Origin: Desulfocapsa sp.
Lineage (GTDB): Bacteria > Desulfobacterota > Desulfobulbia > Desulfobulbales > Desulfocapsaceae
Assembly: GCA_030145625.1 (NCBI GenBank)
Contig: JAQYVF010000007.1
Coordinates: 22,607-86,606, forward strand
DNA length: 64,000 nucleotides
Direction: 5' to 3'
Under the pieces are notes generated by a model. It did no database searches and had not been told where the DNA came from. It worked only from the letters and a program-made list of their open reading frames with translations. A program made the translations under genes and the position numbers. This document shows, in pieces, positions 56,608 through 63,825 of this stretch; the stretch's first letter is position 1; each line of letters starts with the position of its first letter.

Positions 56608-57945
56608 GTGATGAAGATACTGATTGTTGATGATGAAGAAATGCAACGGGATATGCTGGGGGGATTTCTTAAGAACAAGGGTTATGATGTTCTAACCGCA
56701 GCAGGGGGAAGAGAGGCGTTGCAGATTTTTTCCAGGGAACCTGTCCAACTGGTCCTGGTCGATCATCGCATGGATGGAATGAACGGTGATGAGCTGCTGG
56801 AAAAAATGAAAGAGATTTCTCCTCTGCTGCGGGCCATCATGATCACAGCTTTTGGTTCGGTTACCACTGCCGTTCGTGTTATGCAGCTCGGTGCAGATGA
56901 TTTCCTGGAGAAGCCGGTGGATCTTTCTGTCTTGTTACAGAAGATTGAACAGATAGAACAGAACCTGGCTGTGAATGAGGAGGCGGAGGAGGTTGCAGAA
57001 TCTCTAGAAATAGCAAAGGTCCCCTTTGATATAATTGGTTCGAGTAAGGCCATGCATGAGGTGCTTTCCCTTGGACATCGTATTGCGCCAACTGACTGGA
57101 CTGCTCTTATCCGTGGAGAAACAGGTACCGGTAAGGAATTGGTAGCCAAAATGATTCACCTTCTGAGTCCACGTAAACAGGGGCTTTTTGTGGAAGTAAA
57201 TTGCGCTGCTATTCCAGAGAACCTGTTTGAGTCTGAGCTCTTTGGTCATGAAAAAGGTGCTTTTACCGGAGCCTCAACCACAAGGCGCGGTCGTTTTGAA
57301 CAGGCTCGGGGAGGGACTATTTTTCTTGATGAGGTTGGGGAGCTTCCTCTGCAGTTGCAGGCCAAGTTGCTCAGAACTTTACAGGAAAAGAAGATCAGCA
57401 GGGTTGGAAGTGAAAAAGAGATTTCTGTGGATATTCGTGTTTTGTCGGCAACAAATCGTGATCTGAAAAAGATGGTTGAAAAAGGAACATTTCGTGAAGA
57501 TCTCTATTTTCGATTGAATGTCCTGGAAATTATCGTCCCACCTCTGCGCGAGAGGCGTTCTGATATTCCTGAACTTGGGGAATTTTTTCTAAGTAAGCAC
57601 TGCGGTGCCCGCAAGGTGAGTATCTCCAGTGATGCCATGAATCAGCTGGTGAAATATGATTTCCCTGGAAATGTGAGGGAACTTGAACATTTATTGCAAC
57701 GTCTTATCACTTTGGTGCGTGGTAAGGTTATTCGCTTTGAAGATCTCCCTCCAGAAGTTCGTGATAAACAGGTGAGTGGAGGAAAACTCAGTCAGCGGCT
57801 TGCAGAGGTTGAAAAGAAGATGCTGGTCCATGCCCTGGAAGAACATGATTGGGTGCAGACCAGAGCTGCAGAGTCCCTGGGTATCAGTGAGAGAGTCTTG
57901 CGATATAAGATGGGGAAGGCTGGAATTGATCGTGGAAATGGTTAA
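56608..57945 (+). CDS. Sigma54-dependent response regulator (NtrC/ZraR family: REC, AAA+ and Fis-type HTH)
   Basis: REC domain (ILIVDDEE...VDHRMDGMNG), Walker A GETGTGKE, the GAFTGA loop (EKGAFTGA), and a C-terminal HTH AAESLGISERVLRYKM. Confidence 0.92.
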   Translation: MMKILIVDDEEMQRDMLGGFLKNKGYDVLTAAGGREALQIFSREPVQLVLVDHRMDGMNGDELLEKMKEISPLLRAIMITAFGSVTTAVRVMQLGADDFLEKPVDLSVLLQKIEQIEQNLAVNEEAEEVAESLEIAKVPFDIIGSSKAMHEVLSLGHRIAPTDWTALIRGETGTGKELVAKMIHLLSPRKQGLFVEVNCAAIPENLFESELFGHEKGAFTGASTTRRGRFEQARGGTIFLDEVGELPLQLQAKLLRTLQEKKISRVGSEKEISVDIRVLSATNRDLKKMVEKGTFREDLYFRLNVLEIIVPPLRERRSDIPELGEFFLSKHCGARKVSISSDAMNQLVKYDFPGNVRELEHLLQRLITLVRGKVIRFEDLPPEVRDKQVSGGKLSQRLAEVEKKMLVHALEEHDWVQTRAAESLGISERVLRYKMGKAGIDRGNG

Positions 57946-58040
57946 AGGGTATTGTTTTGATGCTTTTGTGGATGGCCCCACGTGGAGTGTCGTGAAGCGT
58001 CATGCGGCACAATATGTTGTGTTTTGTTGATGGCATGTCC

Positions 58041-58067
58041 TTGACATAAATGTGTTGATCGTATAAT
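58041..58067 (+). promoter_or_regulatory. Candidate sigma70 promoter of the riboswitch transcript
   Basis: Consensus hexamers TTGACA and TATAAT, but with only a 15-nt spacer. The -10 hexamer ends 11 nt before riboswitch P1. Confidence 0.45.
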
Positions 58068-58078
58068 GTGAAATTGTG

Positions 58079-58464
58079 TTCAGGTGTCTGTAACAGGACT
58101 GAAAAGGGAACTTCGTGAGAATCGAAGACGGGCCCGCCGCTGTAACCGAGGACAAATCCTGCATCCATGCCACTGACAGCATTTTAATGCCTTGGAAATG
58201 AATTGTTAATTCTAGGGTACCTTGAAAAATTAGAATTTTAGTTCAAAATCGAGGCATGAGAGAAATTTTACCGTAGGCGCCCCGCAGGAAGTGCCCTTGG
58301 GGTGCATATATTTGATATTCCGAGGATAAAATTTTTCTCATAACGAAGAGTTTGGGCGAAAAGGCAATTTTGCAAGGTGACCTCTATTCTATCGAGGGCA
58401 AAAGAAATCCTGATCGGGAAGGCGCAGAGGGAGATTGATTCGGAAGTCAGAAGACCTGCCTGAA
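58079..58464 (+). promoter_or_regulatory. Cobalamin riboswitch-like leader, interrupted by the 177-bp repeat at 58214-58390
   Basis: Conserved core strings appear in order: GGTGTC, AAAAGGGAAC, CGTGAGAATCG, ACGGGCCCGCCGCTGTAA, GCCACTG, then (after the insert) CGGGAAGGC and the B12 box AAGTCAGAAGACCTGCC. P1 can form between TTCAGG (58079-84) and CCTGAA (58459-64). Confidence 0.7.
58214..58390. repeat. MITE-like palindromic dispersed repeat, copy B (177 bp) inside the riboswitch
   Basis: It shares both arms with copy A (24981-25130). Terminal inverted repeats are AGGGTACCTTGAAAAATT and the reverse complement of AATTTTGCAAGGTGACCT. The internal GC stem is GCGCCCC...GGGGTGC. Confidence 0.65.
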
Positions 58465-58529
58465 AACTGAAGTGATTGTCGTCGAGGAATATCGACAATC
58501 AACTGATCTTGTGGATAGAAAAGGGAAAT

Positions 58530-58568
58530 CCCCGGGTCTGAATTTTTTTTCGGCTTGGGGTTTTTTTT
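58530..58568 (+). terminator. Candidate intrinsic terminator (riboswitch expression platform)
   Basis: CCCCGGGTC ... GGCTTGGGG gives a 9-bp stem including G-U pairs, followed by TTTTTTTT. Confidence 0.45.
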
Positions 58569-58645
58569 GCTCCGGGTCATTGCCGGACTGTTGGCTATTT
58601 ACATGCTGTGCAGACAACAGTCCCTTACCTGAGGAGGGTATAACA

Positions 58646-58738
58646 ATGGTTTTACGTGAACGGAGTTTGACTAAGATGGTTTTATGGCGTGTAACAGACT
58701 GGGATTCGTTTCAGCTAGTCATGCGTCACTTGTTGTAA
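58646..58738 (+). CDS. Possible 30-aa small ORF downstream of the riboswitch
   Basis: GAGGAGGG lies 7 nt upstream of the ATG. It translates to MVLRERSLTKMVLWRVTDWDSFQLVMRHLL. No homology recognised, so this is very tentative. Confidence 0.2.
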   Translation: MVLRERSLTKMVLWRVTDWDSFQLVMRHLL

Positions 58739-58744
58739 AATCAG

Positions 58745-58777
58745 GGCCAAGTCTGCATTTTAGGTGCAGACTTGGCC
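58745..58777. terminator. Bidirectional hairpin at the 3' end of feoB
   Basis: GGCCAAGTCTGCA-TTTTAGG-TGCAGACTTGGCC forms a 13-bp perfect stem. Confidence 0.65.
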
Positions 58778-58787
58778 TCCTGTATTT

Positions 58788-61007
58788 TTATCCCAGTAGA
58801 TTGCCTATCTGAAAAACAAGAAAGGCCGCGAGAAAGGCAAAAACAGTATTAAAGGCCATGGAGAAAAAGGCCCACTTCCAGGAACCTGCTTCTTTGGCAA
58901 TACAGACCACGGTGACAAAGCAGGGGGCGTAAAACATGATGAAAATCAATACGGCTACCGCCACGACACTATTCCAATGCGGGTCTCTGACCAGTCGTTC
59001 TCCAAGTGAATCAGATGCATCAACTTCCACTTCACCCATTGAGTAAGCAGTCCCTAGAGTGGAGATAATTACCTCTTTTGCTGCAAATCCTCCAAGTAGT
59101 GCGATATTTGTCCGCCAGTCGAATCCGGCAAGGCTTGAGACCGGCTCAAGAAAGGTTCCGATTTTACCGGCAATTGAGTATCGCAAACCGGCTCCGGATT
59201 CTTCCTGATCAATGATTGTCAGCTCTGCTTTCAGTTGTTTCCCTTTTTTCGACAGTTCCCCTGTTTCCTGATTATAAGCGAGAAGTTCTGATCTGATTGA
59301 TTCAGGATAGCTCTGGCTTATTGCAGTCCGTTTTGCTGAAAAATTATCCTGTTGGGATTCCGGAAGGCCGGGATAGGTCATTAGTGCCCAGAGAATAATG
59401 GAGATTCCAAGAATGACGGTTCCCGCCTTCTTGATATATTGCCAGGTACGCTCCCAGGTATGGATGACCAGTCCTCTCAGTGTGGGGAAACGGTAGGGCG
59501 GCAGTTCCATGACAAAGGGTGTTGCTTCTCCCTTGAGTACCGTCATACGCAGGAACTTTGCAACCACAAGGGCAACAAACCAGGCCAACATGGTAAAAAG
59601 GAACATGTAGAGGGCCTGATGATCGGTAAAAAATGCACCGATAAGCAGAACCAGAACAGGAACCTTTGCCCCACAGTTCATAAAGGGAACCGTGAGCAGT
59701 GTGGCCATGCGTTCTTTGGGGGAACGAAGGGTCCTTGTTGCCATGACTCCGGGAACTGCACAACCGCCGGCTATTCCACCGGATACAATAAAAGGCATTA
59801 CCGAGGAACCGTGCAGGCCGAAAATACGAAAAATGCGGTCCATCATAAACGCTACGCGAGCCAGATAACCGGAATCTTCAAGGATAGCAATGCCAAAAAA
59901 CATAAACATAATAAGGGGAACAAAACCGAGAACACCACCAACGCCATCAATAACACCTGAGATGAGCATGGATTTAAGCGGACCGTCGGGAAGAGTCGTA
60001 TCAGCTATTCCACCCATCCAACCGAAAAGAGATTCCATCCAGGAAACCGGCAGTTCACTCCAGGAAAAGGTGAACTGGTAAAGGCCAAAGAGGATGAGCA
60101 GCATGATAACCGGACCAATGAGGCGATTGGTGAGAACTTTGTCAATTTTATCTGAAGTGTAGAGACGATCAATATCAAATTTATGGGTAAGGACTCCCTG
60201 GCGGATAATGGATTTTATAAAGCCATAACGATGGTCGGCAATCATCGATTCCGGATACACCTCCATGGTCTTGAGCAGGTGGTCTGAAATAGCCCCCACC
60301 ATCTGTTCGAGTTTTTGGGCGATGACTGGATCAGCTTTCTGTCCAAGGGTCAGAATCTGATCATCATGCTCAAGGTATTTAATGCCTGTGTAATGGGGAG
60401 GATAGGTACTGCTGAGAAATGAAGAATCAGAAATGATGGAGACGATCTTCATGAGGACCTCATCAAGATCGTCTCCGTAGGAAATATCCTTTGGATTCCA
60501 TATCTTTTCAGATTGAGCCACTTCAATGGCCTGCTTGATTAACTCTTCTGTCCCTTGACCCGACCTGGCAATGATGGGCACAACCTGAACACCGAGGAGT
60601 TCTGCCAATTTCTCACAGCGAACCGTTATCCCACGATCTTTTGCCACATCAATCATGTTCAGGGCAATAATCAGAGGAACTCCCATTTCGAGAAACTGGG
60701 TTGTGAGATACAGGTTTCTTTCTAAATTAGAGGCATCAACAATGTTTATGACAACGTCGGGCCGGTTGTTGGTGAGAAAATCTCTACTTACTATTTCCTC
60801 TACTGAATAGGCAGTCAGCGAATAGGTACCGGGGAGGTCGGTAATAGTAACTTTTTGGTCTTTATAAGTGAAATGTCCTCTTTTGTGATCTACCGTAATT
60901 CCAGGGTAATTTCCTACATGCTGTCTGGATCCGGTAAGTTCGTTGAAGAGGGTGGTCTTGCCGGCGTTAGGATTGCCGGCCAGTGCCATGGTAATGGGTT
61001 TTTTCAT
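58788..61007 (-). CDS. feoB: Ferrous iron transporter FeoB
   Basis: N-terminal G-domain GNPNAGKTTLFN, DLPGTYSL and NMIDVA. The C-terminal part is a polytopic permease. Confidence 0.95.
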   Translation of the reverse strand: MKKPITMALAGNPNAGKTTLFNELTGSRQHVGNYPGITVDHKRGHFTYKDQKVTITDLPGTYSLTAYSVEEIVSRDFLTNNRPDVVINIVDASNLERNLYLTTQFLEMGVPLIIALNMIDVAKDRGITVRCEKLAELLGVQVVPIIARSGQGTEELIKQAIEVAQSEKIWNPKDISYGDDLDEVLMKIVSIISDSSFLSSTYPPHYTGIKYLEHDDQILTLGQKADPVIAQKLEQMVGAISDHLLKTMEVYPESMIADHRYGFIKSIIRQGVLTHKFDIDRLYTSDKIDKVLTNRLIGPVIMLLILFGLYQFTFSWSELPVSWMESLFGWMGGIADTTLPDGPLKSMLISGVIDGVGGVLGFVPLIMFMFFGIAILEDSGYLARVAFMMDRIFRIFGLHGSSVMPFIVSGGIAGGCAVPGVMATRTLRSPKERMATLLTVPFMNCGAKVPVLVLLIGAFFTDHQALYMFLFTMLAWFVALVVAKFLRMTVLKGEATPFVMELPPYRFPTLRGLVIHTWERTWQYIKKAGTVILGISIILWALMTYPGLPESQQDNFSAKRTAISQSYPESIRSELLAYNQETGELSKKGKQLKAELTIIDQEESGAGLRYSIAGKIGTFLEPVSSLAGFDWRTNIALLGGFAAKEVIISTLGTAYSMGEVEVDASDSLGERLVRDPHWNSVVAVAVLIFIMFYAPCFVTVVCIAKEAGSWKWAFFSMAFNTVFAFLAAFLVFQIGNLLG

Positions 61008-61123
61008 CGGTATCTAAGGTCGTGAAAGAGGGGATTGAGAGAATGGGTTAAAAACTGCAGAGAATTATATTGTCTGTATTTTGATACAAATTATATTGTC
61101 TGTTTTTAAGTGAGGGGCTGATG

Positions 61124-61318
61124 TTATTTCTCCTTTTTACTCAGGTCGTGCTCGATGGACCGGCTATCACATGATGCTTCTCCGCAACCGGAACAGCTGC
61201 ATCCACAAGAAATCTGCTGCGCTGGATCTGTTGCCTGGCGAAATTGCCGGTAGAACCTTTTTCCAATAAAAAAGAGAGCAATGCTTATAATAAGTATAAC
61301 AATTCCAATCTGCCACAT
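61124..61318 (-). CDS. FeoB-associated Cys-rich membrane protein
   Basis: One TM segment followed by SCGCSCSGCGEASC. It lies between feoA and feoB. Confidence 0.6.
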   Translation of the reverse strand: MWQIGIVILIISIALFFIGKRFYRQFRQATDPAQQISCGCSCSGCGEASCDSRSIEHDLSKKEK

Positions 61319-61399
61319 AAATTTTCCTATTGTTAGGGTGTCCTAAGATGGGGGCCCCAAAAAAAAGACAGCTTACATCTTAAACGCTGTCTTCGGATT

Positions 61400-61711
61400 T
61401 TATACTGATTGTACGATAATATTGCTGCTTGTTGTATGGTCCAGGCTTAATGTGCCACCCTGGATTTTCAATAGGCATTGCGAACCCTTCTTTGGACAGA
61501 TTATTTCTGCCTCTTCACCAGCCAGTACACCAAGAGAGGCCATTCTGGCACAGAGCTTTCTGTCACCGGTGATCTTGCAGATCTTCACCTTCCCTGCGTG
61601 ACAGGTTTCTGAGAGAGGGCCATGCTGTCCAACGCAATGTTGGGAGACGGTACACTGTTGTACTTTTTTGGCTAAGCAACGACATTTTTTATTCAAGTCC
61701 TTCAGGGTCAT
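61400..61711 (-). CDS. feoA: FeoA-domain protein with Cys-rich N-terminal extension
   Basis: C-terminal FeoA SH3-like domain (ITGDRKLCARMASLGVLAGEEAEII...LSL). AAGGAGAG lies upstream of the ATG at 61711 (MTLKDL). The track start at 61732 is less likely. Confidence 0.75.
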   Translation of the reverse strand: MTLKDLNKKCRCLAKKVQQCTVSQHCVGQHGPLSETCHAGKVKICKITGDRKLCARMASLGVLAGEEAEIICPKKGSQCLLKIQGGTLSLDHTTSSNIIVQSV

Positions 61712-61939
61712 ATCACTCTCCTTAGTAAACAATGTTTAGGTACACCAAACTTTATGGACTGTCAACAGATTTATCAAGGTCCTTGTGTCTTTTTTTAGAA
61801 TTTTTTTGGAATGTTAGGTGGGAACATAACGGAGTTGCTGATTAAGTTTCTTGTGTTTAGAAAGCATATCAGTCACTATAATTCTATCGGAGAGAAAGGA
61901 ATTCGAGAAAAGAGATCTTTTGTTGTCTTGTTTCATGAA

Positions 61940-61971
61940 TACTCAAAGAGATAAGCGTAACTCTTTGAGTA
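61940..61971. promoter_or_regulatory. Perfect 11-bp inverted repeat in the feoA/CDF divergent intergenic region
   Basis: TACTCAAAGAG-N10-CTCTTTGAGTA, about 47 nt upstream of the CDF start. It could be an operator or a leader hairpin. Confidence 0.35.
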
Positions 61972-62017
61972 ACTTTTCACAGGCTAGATACGTTGCAATC
62001 GTTGGAGGTTCATATCT

Positions 62018-63241
62018 GTGAAGGAGAAGAGAGTTACTGCGGCATCATCAACGCTACGTGATGATGCCATGCCTCATAAACAATCTCAAAGAAAATTGGC
62101 TGCCGCCAGAAAACAGGCAGCTATTTCCATTTTACTGAACCTTTTTCTTGCACTCGGCAAGGGAATAGCCGGGATTCTGTCCGGTTCTGCTGCTCTGCTT
62201 GGTGATGCTATCCATTCCGCCACCGATGTCTTTGCCTCAGTTGCCGTATTCGTCGGTATTTGGGTGGCAGGACATGAGCACCCTTCCTTTCCGTATGGAC
62301 TCTATAAGGCAGAAACAGTTGCCGCTTTGATTACCTCCATTGCAGTTATTCTTGCCGGTTATGAGATAGGACGACAGGCAATATTCGGTGTTTCCGGACT
62401 TCCTGATGTTAGAATTGCTTTACCTGTTGCCAGCATTTCTCTTGTGATTGCTCTGGGGTTTGGAATTTTTCAGTTACGTGCCGGGAAGAGATTGGATTCC
62501 CCTGCACTTATCGCAGATGCCCGTGACTACCTTGCCGATTCCCTCTCCACCGCCGTGGTGCTCATCAGTCTGCTGGTTGTTCCCTTAGGCTATAACGTGG
62601 ATCGACTCGCAGCCGGGATTGTATGTCTCTTTGTTTTTTATGCAGGTGGACAGCTGTTTATTGGAGCCTTGAAAGATCTCCTGGATGCCTCAATCGATAG
62701 AGAGACAGAACGAGAAATAATAGGTTTTGTGGAGGAACACCCAAGAATCATACGTGTTAAAAAATGTTTCAGCAGAAAGGCAGGAGGTCGTTTTCTGCTG
62801 GACATGGATGTGGTTCTGCACACACCTTCCCATAAAGTGGCAGATCTGGTTGCAGATCGTTTAGAAAAAGAATTGTTACACCGTTATCCCAGGCTTATTC
62901 TTGCCCGTATCCGGCCCCATTATTCTCCGGGACAGTTTATACGAAGAGTCACTCCGGTGGAAAGCCCTAAAGGAGAATTAAGTTTTCATCTTGCTACCGC
63001 CCCATGGTTTCTCGTTGAAGTCATGCTAACTGAGACCAGAGAAGTAAAAAGGCGCCAGTTTGTAGAAAATCGGTATAAAGATGCGAAAAAGAGAAAAGGA
63101 CTGTTGGTTGGACGCTTGTTGCTGAAATTGAAACCGGACGAGGTTGTGGCAGAGGATAAGGAGAGTGTCGCGGTAATATTACTCAAAGAAGCAGGAGTTG
63201 ATATGGTTCAGCCTTCTTCGCTAACCTCAACGATGATATGA
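62018..63241 (+). CDS. Cation diffusion facilitator (CDF) transporter fused to a C-terminal NifX/NifB-like (dinitrogenase FeMo-cofactor-binding fold) domain
   Basis: CDF TM motifs (HSATDVFAS, DARDYLADSLS) and a cytoplasmic domain. An extra ~110 aa follows, FHLATAPWFLVEV...VAVILLKEAGVDMV, resembling NifX_NifB-type domains. Confidence 0.75.
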   Translation: MKEKRVTAASSTLRDDAMPHKQSQRKLAAARKQAAISILLNLFLALGKGIAGILSGSAALLGDAIHSATDVFASVAVFVGIWVAGHEHPSFPYGLYKAETVAALITSIAVILAGYEIGRQAIFGVSGLPDVRIALPVASISLVIALGFGIFQLRAGKRLDSPALIADARDYLADSLSTAVVLISLLVVPLGYNVDRLAAGIVCLFVFYAGGQLFIGALKDLLDASIDRETEREIIGFVEEHPRIIRVKKCFSRKAGGRFLLDMDVVLHTPSHKVADLVADRLEKELLHRYPRLILARIRPHYSPGQFIRRVTPVESPKGELSFHLATAPWFLVEVMLTETREVKRRQFVENRYKDAKKRKGLLVGRLLLKLKPDEVVAEDKESVAVILLKEAGVDMVQPSSLTSTMI

Positions 63242-63450
63242 TCAGCCTCGTTGTTACGCAGGGTCAGTGTTCCCCCCATGACTCGTAAGGCTACAGGATC
63301 ATAGAGTGGTGCCCGCCCTTGAATGGTGATTTTAGTACCTGGAACAATACCCATCTCTCGAATTCTTCTCCCCAGCTCACCGCTGACCTTAACGGCCTTG
63401 ATAATGCCGGACTGGTTTTTTTTCATCAGTCGCAGATTTACTTCTACCAT
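63208..63450 (-). CDS. feoA: FeoA family protein (stand-alone)
   Basis: IKAVKVSGELGRRIREMGIVPGTKITI...LTLRNNEADHIIV. Its 3' end overlaps the CDF gene by 34 nt in convergent orientation. Confidence 0.75.
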   Translation of the reverse strand: MVEVNLRLMKKNQSGIIKAVKVSGELGRRIREMGIVPGTKITIQGRAPLYDPVALRVMGGTLTLRNNEADHIIVEVSEEG

Positions 63451-63825
63451 GCTCTCTCCATCCCGTAAAAAAAGGCTACTGGCCCGAATTGACAGGGGTC
63501 TTCAAGGTTACATATTTTAGACTACGTTCTTCAAACGTTTTCGGGATCAGGTATTATTGATCAAGGGCGTTATAGTCCTGTCCTACTCCTCTGTCAAGGA
63601 GCTTCGAGAGTTGCCGGATAATACTCTCTTCTGCTTGTTTTTAGTACCAGTCTTGCCTTGTTCTGCAAAGATTATCATTGGATTTTATTTAATCTGCCGG
63701 GGTTTCAGATTGATGCTTCGCTTGCTACGATACTTTTCAGATTTGCATTTCTTTCTTTTTCTAGTATTAATCCAATGAGGTGTCGCTGACTTACCTCAAC
63801 TATTTATCTGCAGGATTATTCCATT

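Noticed and set aside
58472-58738. 88-aa track ORF that spans the 9-bp hairpin just after the B12 box, the terminator hairpin and the T-tracts.
   Set aside because: It starts just after the B12 box without an RBS and reads through structured, T-rich RNA elements. Only the last 30 codons (58646..58738) have an RBS, and I list those as a very low-confidence small ORF.
63451-63825. Fur-box-like AAGATTATCATTGG in the feoA / MOT1-transporter intergenic region, and a general search for Fur boxes near the feo genes.
   Set aside because: Only about half of the 19-bp Fur consensus is matched. Without a PWM scan, this is not distinguishable from background in AT-rich DNA.
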